This document shows positions 35,301 to 47,400 of a DNA stretch of 64,000 nucleotides, one piece after another. Every line of letters starts with the position of its first letter. Positions within the stretch are counted from its first letter, which is position 1. Origin of the DNA: Nemertoderma westbladi (taxonomy: Eukaryota; Animalia; Xenacoelomorpha); the NCBI GenBank assembly GCA_032718475.1, contig JAUCBJ010003419.1, positions 38,200-102,199 on the forward strand, in the 5' to 3' direction. The notes under the pieces were generated by a model. That model was not told where the DNA came from, did no database searches, and saw nothing but the letters and a program-made list of their open reading frames with translations. A program made the position numbers and the translations under genes.

Positions 35301-38300
35301 GAGAGTAACTTTGGGTTTGGGCAGGAGAGTAACTTGTAGACCAGGCAGGAGAGTAACTTGGGGTTCAGGCAGGAGAGTAACTCAGGGTTCGGGCAGGAGA
35401 GTAACTTGGGGTTCGGGCAGGAGAGTAACTTGTGGTTCAGGCAGGAGAGTAACTTGTGGTTCATGCACGAGAGTAACTTAGGGTTCAGGCAGGAGAGTAA
35501 CTTGTGGTTCAGACAGGAGAGTAACTTGTGGTTCGGGCAGGAGAGTAACTTGTGGTTCGGGCAGGAGAGTAACTTATGGTTCGTGCAGGAGAGTAACTTG
35601 TAGCTCAGGCAGGAGAGTAACTCGTGGCTTCGGGCAGGAGAGTAACTTGTGGTTCGGGCAGGAGAGTAACTTGTGGTTCGTGCAGGAGAGTAACTTGTAG
35701 CTCAGGCAGGAGAGTAACTTGGGGTTCAGGCAGGAGAGTAACTTGTAGCTCAGGCAGGAGAGTAACTTGGGGTTCGGGCAGGAGAGTAACTTGTAGCTCA
35801 GGCAGGAGAGTAACTTGTGGTTCAGGCAGGAGAGTAACTTGTAGCTCAGGCAGGAGAGTAACTTGGTGGTTCAGGCAGGAGAGTAACTTGGGGTTCAGGG
35901 CAGGAGAGTAACTTGTAGCTCAGGCAGGAGAGTAACTTGGGGTTCGGGCAGGAGAGTAACTTGTGGTTCGGGCAGGAGAGTAACTTGTGGTTCGTGCAGG
36001 AGAGTAACTTGTAGATCAGGCAGGAGAGTAACTTGGGGTTCGGGCAGGAGAGTAACTTGTGGTTCAGGCAGGAGAGTAACTTGTAGCTCAGGCAGGAGAG
36101 TAACTTGGGGTTCGGGCAGGAGAGTAACTTGTAGCTTGTGAAGGAGAGTAACTTGTAGCTCAGGCAGGAGAGTAACTTGTAGCTCAGGCAGGAGAGTAAC
36201 TTGTGGTTCATGCAGGATAGTAACTTGGGTTCGGGCAGGAGAGTAACTTGTAGCTCAGGCAGGAGAGTAACTTGGGATTCGGGCAGGAGAGTAACTTGTA
36301 AACCAGGCAGGAGAGTAACTCGGGGTTCGGGCAGGAGAGTAACTTGTAGCTCAGGAAGGAGAGTAAGTTGGGGTTCAGGCAGGAGAGTAACTCAGGGTTC
36401 GGGCAGGAGAGTAACTTGGGGTTCGGGCAGGAGAGTAACTTGTAGACCAGGCAGGAGAGTAACTTGGGGTTCAGGCAGGAGAGTAACTCAGGGTTCGGGC
36501 AGGAGAGTAACTTGGGGTTCGGGCAGGAGAGTAACTTGTGGTTCAGGCAGGAGAGTAACTTGTGGTTCATGCACGAGAGTAACTTGGGTTCAGGCAGGAG
36601 AGTAACTTGTGGTTCAGACAGGAGAGTAACTTGTGGTTCGGGCAGGAGAGTAACTTGTGGTTCGGGCAGGAGAGTAACTTGTGGTTCGTGCAGGAGAGTA
36701 ACTTGTAGCTCAGGCAGAGAGTAACTCGGGCTTCGGGCAGGAGAGTAACTTGTAGACCAGGCAGGAGAGTAACTTGGGTTCGGGCAGGAGAGTAACTTGT
36801 GGTTCGGCAGGAGAGTAACTTGGGGTTCAGGCAGGAGAGTAACTTGTGGTTCGGCAGGAGAGTAACTTGTAGCTCAGGCAGGAGAGTAACTTGGGGTTCG
36901 GGCAGGAGAGTAACTTGTAGCTCAGGCAGGAGAGTAACTTGTAGCTCAGGCAGGAGAGTAACTTGGGGTTTCGGGCAGGAGAGTAACTTGTAGACCAGGC
37001 AGGAGAGTAACTCGGGGTTTAGGGCAGGAGAGTAACTTGTAGCTCAGGCAGGAGAGTAACTTGCAGTTCGGGCAGGAGAGTAACTTGTAGACCAGGCAGG
37101 AGAGTAACTTGGGGTTCGGGCAGGAGAGTAACTTGTAGAACAGGCAGGAGAGTAACTTGGGGTTCGGGCATGAGAGTAACTTGTGGTTTGGACAGGAGAG
37201 TAACTTGTAGGTCAGGCAGGAGAGTAACTTGGGGTTCTGGCAGGAGAGTAACTTGTAGCTTGTGAAGGAGAGTAACTTGTAGCTCAGGCAGGAGAGTAAC
37301 GTGTAGCTCAGGTAGGAGAGTAACTTGTGGTTCATGCAGGATAGTAACTTGGGCATCGGGCAGGAGAGTAACTTGTAGCTCAGGCAGGAGAGTAACTTGT
37401 AGCTCAGGCAGGAGAGTAACTTGGGATTCGGGCAGGAGAGTAACTTGTAAACCAGGCAGGAGAGTAACTCAGGGTTCGGGCAGGAGAGTAACTTGTAGCT
37501 CAGGCAGGAGAGTAACGTTGTGGTTCAGGCAGGAGAGTAACTCTGTGGTTCAGGCAGGAGAGTAACTTGGGCTTCGGGCAGGAGAGTAACTTGTAGACCA
37601 GGCAGGAGAGTAACTTGGGGTTCAGGCAGGAGAGTAACTCTGTGGTTCGGGCAGGAGAGTAACTTGGGGTTCGGGCAGGAGAGTAACTTGTGGTTCAGGC
37701 AGGAGAGTAACTTGTGGTTCATGCACGAGAGTAACTTGGGGTTCAGGCAGGAGAGTAACTTGTGGTTCAGACAGGAGAGTAACTTGTGGTTCGGGCAGGA
37801 GAGTAACTTGTGGTTCGGGAAGGAGAGTAACTTATGGTTCGTGCAGGAGAGTAACTTGTAGCTCAGGCAAGAGAGTAACTCGGGCTTCGGGCAGGAGAGT
37901 AACTTGTAGACCAGGCAGGAGAGTAACTTGGGGTTCGGCAGGAGAGTAACTTGTGGTTCGGGCAGGAGAGTAACTTGTAGCTCAGGCAGGAGAGTAACTT
38001 GTAGCTCAGGCAGGAGAGTAACTTGGGTTCGGGTAGGAGAGTAACTTGTAGCTCAGACAGGAGAGTAACTTGGGGTTCGGGCAGGAGAGTAACTTGTAGC
38101 TCAGACAGGAGAGTAACTTGTGGTTCGGGCAGGAGAGTAACTTATGGTTCGTGCAGGAGAGTAACTTGTAGCTCAGGCAGGAGAGTAACTCGGGTTCGGG
38201 CAGGAGTGTAACTTGTAGACCAGGCAGGAGAGTAACTTGGGGTTCAGGCAGGATAGTAACTTGTGGTTCGGGCAGGAGAGTAACTTGTAGCTCAGGCAGG

Positions 38301-40415
38301 AGAGTAACTTGTAGCTCAGGCAGGAGAGTAACTTGGGGTTCGGGTAGGAGAGTAACTTGTAGCTCAGACAGGAGAGTAACTTGGGGTTCGGGCAGGAGAG
38401 TAACTTGTAGCTCAGACAGGAGAGTAACTTGGGGTTCGGGCAGGAGAGTAACTTGGGGTTCGGATAGGAGAGTAACTTGTGGTTCGTGCAGGAGAGTAAC
38501 TTGTAGCTCAGGCAGGAGAGTAACTTGGGGTTCGGGCACGAGAGTAACTTGTAGCTCAGGCAAGAGAGTAACTCGGGTTTCGGGCAGGAGAGTAACTTGT
38601 AGACCAGGCAGGAGAGTAACTTGGGGTTCGGGCAGGAGAGTAACTTGTGGTTTGGGCAGGAGTGTAATTTGTGGTTCGTGCAGGAGAGTAACTTGGGGTT
38701 CAGACAGGATAGTAACTTGTGGTTCGGGCAGGAGAGTAACTTGTAGCTCAGGCAGGAGAGTAACTTGTAGCTCAGGCAGGAGAGTAACTTGTAGCTCAGG
38801 CAGGAGAGTAACTTGGGGTTCGGGCAGGAGAGTAACTTTGTAGACCAGGCAGGAGAGTAACTGGGGGTTCGGGCAGGAAAGAAACTTGTAGCTCGGGCAG
38901 GTGAGTAACTTGTAGCTCAGGCAGGAGAGTAACTTGGGGTTCGGGCAGGAGAGTAACTTGGGGTTCGGGCAGGAGAGTAACTTGTGGTTCGGGCAGGAGA
39001 GTAACTTGTGGCTCAGGCAGGAGAGTAAATTGGGGTTCAGGCAGGATAGTAACTTGTGGTTCGGGCAGGAGAGTAACTTGTAGCTCAGGCAGGAGAGTAA
39101 CTTGCAGCTCAGGCAGGAGAGTAACTTGGGGTTCGGGCAGGAGAGTAACTTGTGGTTCGGGCAGGAGAGTAACTTATGGTTCGGGCAGGAGAGTAACTTG
39201 TAGCTCAGGCAGGAGAGTAACTTGTAGCTCAGGCAGGAGAGTAACTTGTAGCTCAGGCAGGAGAGTGACTTGCAGTTCGGGCAGGAGAGTAACTTGTAGA
39301 CCAGGCAGGAGAGTAACTTGTGGTTCGGGCAGGAGAGTAATTTGTGGTTCGTGCAGGAGAGTAACTTGGGGTTCAGGCAGGATAGTAACTTGTGGTTCGG
39401 GCAGGAGAGTAACTTGTAGCTCAGGCAGGAGAGTAACTTGTAGCTCAGGCAGGAGAGTAACTTGGGGTTCGGGCAAGGGAGTAACTTGTAGCTCAGACCG
39501 GAGAGTAACTTGTAGCTCAGGCAGGAGAGTAACTTGTAGCTCAGGCAGGAGAATAACTTGGGGTTCGGGCAGGAGAGTAACTTGTAGCTCAGGCAGGAGA
39601 GTAACGTGTAGCTCAGGCAGGAGAGTAACTTGTAGCTCAGGCAGGAGAGTAACTTGGGGTTCGGGCAGGAGGGTAACTTTGTAGACCAGGCAGGAGAGTA
39701 ACTGGGGGTTCGGGCAGGAAAGAAACTTGTAGCTCGGGCAGGTGAGTAACTTGTAGCTCAGGCAGGAGAGTCACTTGGGGATTGGGCAGGAGAGTAACTT
39801 GGGGTTCGGATAGGAGAGTATCTTGTGGTTCGTGCAGGAGAGTAACTTGTAGCTCAGGCAGGAGAGTAACTTGGGGTTCGGGCAGGAGAGTAACTTGTAG
39901 ACCAGGCAGGAGAATAACTTGGGGTTTGGGCAGGAGAGTAACTTGTGGTTCGGGCAGGAGAGTAATTTGTGGTTCGTACAGGAGAGTAACTTGGGGTTCA
40001 GGCAGGATAGTAACTTGTGGTTCGGGCAGGAGAGTAACTTGTAGCTCAGGCAGGAGAGTAACTTGTAGCTCAGGCAGGAGAGTAACTTGGGGTTCGGGCA
40101 GGAGAGTAACTTGTAGCTCAGGCAGGAGAGTAACTTGTAGCTCAGGCAGGAGAGTAACTTGTAGCTCAGGCAGGAGAGTAACTTGGGGTTCGGGCAGGAT
40201 AGTAACTTTGCAGACCAGGCAGGAGAGTAACTGAGGGTTCGGGCAGGAGAGAAACTTGTAGCTCGGGCAGGAGAGTAACTTGTAGCTTAGGCAGGAGAGT
40301 AACTTGTGGTTCGTGCAGGAGAGTAAACTTGGGGTTCAGGCAGGAGAGTAACTTGTGGTTCGTGCAGGAGAGTAACTTGTGGTTCGTGCAGGAGAGTAAC
40401 TTGTGGTTCAGGCAG
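14348..40415. repeat. ~26-kb tandem array of a 24-bp unit (~1,085 copies) with higher-order duplications
   Basis: Constant GCAGGAGAGTAACT plus a variable segment (TGTAGCTCAG / TGGGGTTCGG / TGTGGTTCGG / TGTAGACCAG etc.); degenerate units at the left edge. Confidence 0.98.
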
Positions 40416-41054
40416 ATAGTATAATCAATATAAGTATAGTCAAAACAATACTCGTCTCCTTCATTAACATCGTTGCGCACATCCTGTTTTGTTTCAAAAT
40501 ATTTTTCCTTTTTTATAACTATGCAAAGTCCCGAATCTGTGCGAGTAACAGCTGATTTATGCCAGATGGATACTCGTATCCACCGCAAAACTCGTGGCGT
40601 TCGTTCGTTTTTGACTAAACTTCAGATTATTTCCAAACTTTTGAATGACTACATATGTACTGGTACCAAGTTTGGTTTAATTTGATCAAGAAATGGCCGA
40701 GTTATTAACGATCAAAAAATTATGACAACGACAGACAACTCGTTAATGGTACCAATATGCTAAGGGTTTTATTAAGCCTTTCTTACTTAGTAGCTCGCCC
40801 CAAAGTACAGAAGTATAGGCTAGCTTAAAATACTAATTGCAGAATAGGCTTACCGGTCTGCCTTTAGTTCTGTTAATTTAACCTACAACAGATAAGTACT
40901 GCTGTACTGAAGTAAGCCTACCGCAGTACTGCTGTACTGCAGTACTGGTACCGTAGTACAGTAGTACAGACACATCTACTACTGTACTAGTACTACCGGT
41001 ACACATACACAAGCTTTCGATATTTTGCATCCCAATTTTATTCACCATCTGGCC

Positions 41055-41717
41055 ATGGGTAAACCTGCGGACACAACAACGGCTGCACCAACAACGTCCA
41101 ACGCTCCCACCGACAAAATTCAAGAAGTATGGCAGGACAACATCGACGACGCGTTTAAAGAGATTCGCCAACTTGTACAGACTTACTGCTACGTCGCCAT
41201 GGACACAGAATTCCCCGGAGTGGTAGCTCGTCCGATCGGGGACTTTCGATCCAACGCTGAGTACCAGTACCAACTCCTTCGCTGCAACGTTGACCTCCTA
41301 AAGATAATCCAATTGGGTTTAACTTTCTCTGACGAGAACGGGAAATACCCCCCTGGTGTCTGCGCCTTCCAGTTTAACTTTAAGTTCAACTTAACGGAAG
41401 ATATGTACGCCGAGGACTCTATAGAACTACTGCAGCAGTCCGGGATTCAGTTCCAACGACACGAGGAACACGGAATAGACGTTTCGTATTTCGCCGAACT
41501 TCTGATGATGTCCGGAGTGATCCTAATGGATCGAGTTAAGTGGATCTCGTTCCACAGCGGTTACGATTTCGGCTACCTTCTTAAGATCCTTACGAACAAC
41601 CATCTTCCCTCCGAAGAAAGCGAATTCTTCGACTTGCTTCACACCTACTTTCCTTCCATATACGATGTTAAGTATCTTATGAAGAGTTGTAAAAGTCTTA
41701 AAGGCGGTTTACAGGAG
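41055..41717 (+). CDS. CNOT7: CCR4-NOT deadenylase CAF1 (CNOT7/8), coding exon 1
   Basis: VAMDTEFPGVVARPIG, YQYQLLRCNVDLLKIIQLGLTF, FHSGYDFGYL, LKGGLQE; donor GAG|gtgaga at 41718. Confidence 0.96.
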
Positions 41718-42476
41718 GTGAGAGCGATTTATTAATAAAAAAAACGCAGGTGGCAGGGTGGGGTGTGGGGCTCCTCCTCCTATTGAATCCGAAATTCATC
41801 CCTCTTAGGGGAAATCGACTCAATACACTTTCGTTTATTATTTTGGCTTGAATAACGTGCACCTGTAGCTGTAAAACCTGTTCCTTTCCATTAATTGATA
41901 TTTAACACTGTTTATTCGCCCCATATTCATCCCCCCCCCCCCCCTTTCAAAAGACCATGATGTATGTAAGAAATTTATGATACAGGTCGTACGGATTTAT
42001 AACAATTAACATAAGCGTGGGCTGGGCCCAATAAAATATATATTTTTATAATAACCTCTAGTTTGTAGCTTGGTAATCCAATACATACGATACTACATAA
42101 TATATCGTATGTAGAGCAGTAATATAAAAATAATATAGATCTGTTTATTTCCATAAAATAAGTTAAGAAGAGATATAAAAACTAAACAAACTAGCTTAAC
42201 CTTTGCTAGGGGGGAAATAATTTCCAATCAATTAATTAATTTTCATAAAAACGAAAGTATTTTGAAATAAATGATTCTAATCTAAATAACTTAAATTTCG
42301 AATTTAAATAGTTATCGGTATTTATTATAATAGAAACATAAAAATGTATTTATATTATATAAATAAAATACGTTCCTGTGTATTAACTAAACGAAACTAA
42401 ATTGTTAAAAGTATAATAAAAACAGGTCGAGAGAAAAAAATCAGCGTTAAACAAATAGTTTGATTTGGGTTGCTAG

Positions 42477-42749
42477 GTGGCGGACCAGATGGAGTTAGAG
42501 CGTATTGGGCCGCAGCACCAGGCCGGCAGCGATAGTCTGCTAACCGCCGAATCGTTCTTCCGCATGAGGGAGATGTACTTCGAGGATAACATCGACGACA
42601 CAAAGTACTGCGGCCATCTCTACGGGCTGGGGACCCCGTACGTACTCCAGAACGCTAATAATCTACCCACTGCTTCTACTCTAGAGTCGAATTCTACTGC
42701 TACTTCTACCGGGAACTCAAATAAGGACGATACATCATCTAATTCATAA
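42477..42749 (+). CDS. CNOT7: CNOT7/8 coding exon 2
   Basis: Acceptor ctag|GTG; VADQMELERIGPQHQAGSDSLLT...KYCGHLYGLG; stop ends at 42749. Confidence 0.96.
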   Translation: MADQMELERIGPQHQAGSDSLLTAESFFRMREMYFEDNIDDTKYCGHLYGLGTPYVLQNANNLPTASTLESNSTATSTGNSNKDDTSSNS

Positions 42750-43417
42750 TTAAATTCATTATTACGATAATTGAGTTATTATTGGAGTAAATATACCAGC
42801 CTAAGTGTAATATAATGTAGATTACTGTTCTGTACTTCAGTCATTATTATTGAGTATTCTATTCTACCTAAATAAATCTTTATAGATATTTCCTTCATAT
42901 ATTTTAATTATTTATTGATGGCGGACTAACAATTTATTGTGCGGGTCAAACTAAACGATCAGCAAAACAGCAAGTTAAATAATTTACTGGCGAGTCAAAA
43001 CCGCGAACCAACAGGCGACACACGAACCATTATAATTTTACAATGGCCGTTTTCCAAAAGTCCGTGGGGTGTATGAGTGTCAGTGTGTGTGTGTGTCGGG
43101 TACTAACAATTAGCACCCCTTCCTGATTACCAGCCATGGTGCACGAAGGCCACATACGTGACTGTAGTTTAAAATAAATTTTAGAACAGCACAAGCTTTG
43201 TTCGTTATTTATACCACGTCAATCTAAAGAAAGGAATTTCCGCATGTCGGAGTGAAATTTTTAAAATCCCACGTCCCATTAAAACATTTTTAAACTTTCT
43301 ATATCCAACGTTTAGTGAATGTTTTCCGACATTTATTGCTGCACCATTTACGGTTATTCTTTGGAACAATGGTGTAACAGGATTTGATACTTGTAATAGG
43401 TATTTTGATATACTAAC

Positions 43418-43640
43418 ACTGAACCATTATCATATAAAGTTCCACTGTACACAGACACGGCTGTTGGAGGCGCTCGCCCCGTTTCAGTAAACCCAGTAAC
43501 TCGTCTTTAGCTATCCGATCATACGGTACCTCCCCGAACGTGGTGATCTCCCACAAAGTTACACCGAACGACCACACATCAGACTGGTGAGTAAACTCTC
43601 GGTACTCTAGACTCTCCAGAGCAAACCATTGCTGGTGATT
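43418..43640 (-). CDS. EGFR/ErbB-like kinase C-lobe exon (equivalent to human EGFR exons 22+23)
   Basis: [40 protein letters not shown]...[20 protein letters not shown]; 223 nt; tag acceptor and T|gttagt donor. Confidence 0.92.
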
Positions 43641-44244
43641 CTATTGGCGAAATATTATATTAATTAATTTTAGAGAGCTTGAGCTAAAAAGTAATTGTGA
43701 AAAAAGTATGGTTTAAAAAAGATAATAATTTAACTAATGTAAAAATCTGACATCATTGAAAATTTAAGATACGACCATTCAAATATAATATGTCAATTTA
43801 TCCAACGATTTCAGACGTGGTTTATATCTTGAAAACAACAAATTTTAATTAAATTTTAACACTAAAATTAATTGTGTCAAGAAGACCAAGTTATATTTCT
43901 TTTAAGATGACATTCTACCAATTAATATTCTACCAATGATCTTCTATCAGTGGCAATTATAGACAGAGTAGCTCGAAAAACAAGATGGAATTTGGGAACA
44001 ATTATAATAATCGTACCGGAAATTATGCAGAGCTTCTTTATTATTAACTGTTTAAGCAAGGTAATATAAGGGTAGAGGTAATAAAATGTAACCTTGTATT
44101 AATTATTAGAGGTAAAAATATCCTTGTATTATATATTTTACTAAGAAATGCTACTTTCGTAATTGCCGTAAAATGTATAACTCAGATGATTGTACATATT
44201 TCATATAAAATCGATGAATGTGTGTTAGCTGTCTCTCCTCGCAC

Positions 44245-44400
44245 CTTATCTGCAATCGATATTAGTTCGTTGTTCAATGTTTCCAGTATCTTTGCCGCCC
44301 CGAAGTCTGTAATCTTTATCTGACCTGGTCTTTGAACTAATATGTTCTTGGCTGAGAGATATCGATGTACAATCCGTCGTTCTTCTAAATATCCCATTCC
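44245..44400 (-). CDS. EGFR/ErbB-like kinase exon (equivalent to human exon 21)
   Basis: [37 protein letters not shown]...DK; 156 nt, phase 0/0. Confidence 0.93.
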
Positions 44401-44459
44401 CTATGAACAAAATCATTACAAAAATATATGACCTTATTGTAACAGAGAACTTCGCAGGA

Positions 44460-47400
44460 CTCACCTACTTCAGCTACAGTATTTGTTTACACCAGTCCCA
44501 CTCACCTACCTCGGCTATTTGTTTACACCAGTCCCACTCACCTACCTCAGCTATTTGTTTACACCAGTCCCACTCACCTACCTCAGCTATTTGTTTACAC
44601 CAGTCCCACTCACCTACCTCGGCTATTTGTTTACACCAGTCCCACTCACCTACCTCAGCTATTTGTTTACACCAGTCCCACTCACCTACCTCAGCTATTT
44701 GTTTACACCAGTCCCACTCACCTACCTCAGCTATTTGTTTACACCAGTCCCACTCACCTACCTCAGCTATTTGTTTACACCAGTCCCACTCACCTACCTC
44801 AGCTATTTGTTTACACCAGTCCCACTCACCTACCTCAGCTATTTGTTTACACCAGTCCCACTCACCTACCTCAGCTATTTGTTTACACCAGTCCCACTCA
44901 CCTACCTCAGCTATTTGTTTACACCAGTCCCACTCACCTACCTCAGCTATTTGTTTACACCAGTCCCACTCACCTACCTCAGCTATTTGTTTACACCAGT
45001 CCCACTCACCTACCTCAGCTATTTGTTTACACCAGTCCCACTCACCTACCTCAGCTATTTGTTTACACCAGTCCCACTCACCTACCTCAGCTATTTGTTT
45101 ACACCAGTCCCACTCACCTACCTCAGCTATTTGTTTACACCAGTCCCACACACCTACCTCAGCTATTTGTTTACACCAGTCCCACTCACCTACCTCAGCT
45201 ATTTGTTTACACCAGTCCCACTCACCTACCTCAGCTATTTGTTTACACCAGTCCCACTCACCTACCTCAGCTATTTGTTTACACCAGTCCCACTCACCTA
45301 CCTCGGCTATTTGTTTACACCAGTCCCACTCACCTACCTCAGCTATTTGTTTACACCAGTCCCACTCACCTACCTCAGCTATTTGTTTACACCAGTCCCA
45401 CTCACCTACCTCAGCTATTTGTTTACACCAGTCCCACTCACCTACCTCAGCTATTTGTTTACACCAGTCCCACTCACCTACCTCAGCTATTTGTTTACAC
45501 CAGTCCCACTCACCTACCTCAGCTATTTGTTTACACCAGTCCCACACACCTACCTCAGCTATTTGTTTACACCAATCCCACTCACCTACCTCAGCTATTT
45601 GTTTACACCAGTCCCACTCACCTACCTCAGCTATTTGTTTACACCAGTCCCACACACCTACCTCAGCTATTTGTTTACACCAGTCCCACTCACCTACCTC
45701 GGCTATTTGTTTACACCAGTCCCACTCACCTACCTCGGCTATTTGTTTACACCAGTCCCACTCACCTACCTCAGCTATTTGTTTACACCAGTCCCACTCA
45801 CCTACCTCAGCTATTTGTTTACACCAGTCCCACACACCTACCTCAGCTATTTGTTTACACCAGTCCCACACACCTACCTCAGCTATTTGTTTACACCAGT
45901 CCCACTCACCTACCTCGGCTATTTGTTTACACCAGTCCCACTCACCTACCTCGGCTATTTGTTTACACCAGTCCCAATCACCTACCTCAGCTATTTGTTT
46001 ACACCAGTCCTACTCACCTACCTCGGCTATTTGTTTACACCAGTCCCACTCACCTACCTCGGCTATTTGTTTACACCAGTCCCACTCACCTACCTCAGCT
46101 ATTTGTTTACACCAGTCCCACTCACCTACCGCAGCTATTTGTTTACACCAGTCCCACTCACCTACCTCAGCTATTTGTTTACACCAGTCCCACTCACCTA
46201 CCTCGGCTATTTGTTTACACCAGTCCCACTCACCTACCTCGGCTATTTGTTTACACCAGTCCCACTCACCTACCTCGGCTATTTGTTTACACCAGTCCCA
46301 CTCACCTACCTCGGCTATTTGTTTACACCAGTTCCACTCACCTACCTCAGCTATTTGTTTACACCAGTCCCAATCACCTACCTCAGCTATTTGTTTACAC
46401 CAGTCCCACTCACCTACCTCAGCTATTTGTTTACACCAGTCCCACACACCTACCTCGGCTATTTGTTTACACCAGTCCCACTCACCTACCTCAGCTATTT
46501 GTTTACACCAGTCCCACTCACCTACATCAGCTATTTGTTTACACCAGTCCCACTCACCTACCTCAGCTATTTGTTTACACCAGTCCCACTCACCTACCTC
46601 AGCTATTTGTTTACACCAGTCCCACTCACCTACCTCAGCTATTCGTTTACACCAGTTCCACTCACCTACCTCAGCTATTTGTTTACACCAGTCCCACACA
46701 CCTACCTCAGCTATTTGTTTACACCAGTCCCACTCACCTACCTCAGCTATTTGTTTACACCAGTCCCACTCACCTACCTCAGCTATTTGTTTACACCAGT
46801 CCCACTCACCTACCTCAGCTATTTGTTTACACCAGTCCCACTCACCTACATCAGCTATTTGTTTACACCAGTCCCACTCACCTACCTCAGCTATTTGTTT
46901 ACACCAGTCCCACTCACCTACCTCAGCTATTTGTTTACACCAGTCCCACTCACCTACCTCGGCTATTTGTTTACACCAGTCCCACTCACCTACCTCGGCT
47001 ATTTGTTTACACCAGTCCCACTCACCTACCTCAGCTATTCGTTTACACCAGTCCCACTCACCTACCTCGGCTATTTGTTTACACAAGTCCCACTCACCTA
47101 CCTCAGCTATTTGTTTACACCAGTCCCACTCACCTACCTCGGCTATTTGTTTACACCAGTCCCACTCACCTACCTCAGCTATTTGTTTACACCAGTCCCA
47201 CTCACCTACCTCAGCTATTTGTTTACACCAGTCCCACTCACCTACCTCGGCTATTTGTTTACACCAGTCCCACTCACCTACCTCGGCTATTCGTTTACAC
47301 CAGTCCCACTCACCTACCTCAGCTATTTGTTTACACCAGTCCCACTCACCTACCTCAGCTATTTGTTTACACCAGTCCCACTCACCTACCTCAGCTATTT

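Noticed and set aside
14348-40415. CRISPR-like pattern of constant and variable segments
   Set aside because: The variable part is ~10 nt drawn from a few related alleles, not unique spacers. There are no cas genes and the context is eukaryotic.
14314-40588. Many ORFs (PEPQVTLL, YKLLSCL, GRRVTC repeats) suggesting a giant repetitive protein
   Set aside because: They are open in several frames on both strands because the unit is 24 bp. Every frame is interrupted by stops or indels, and no flanking coding exons are evident.
40440-40810. Helentron/DINE-like element as the source of the 24-bp array
   Set aside because: The right flank is only loosely reminiscent of such elements, and I found no matching terminus or subterminal inverted repeat on the left flank.
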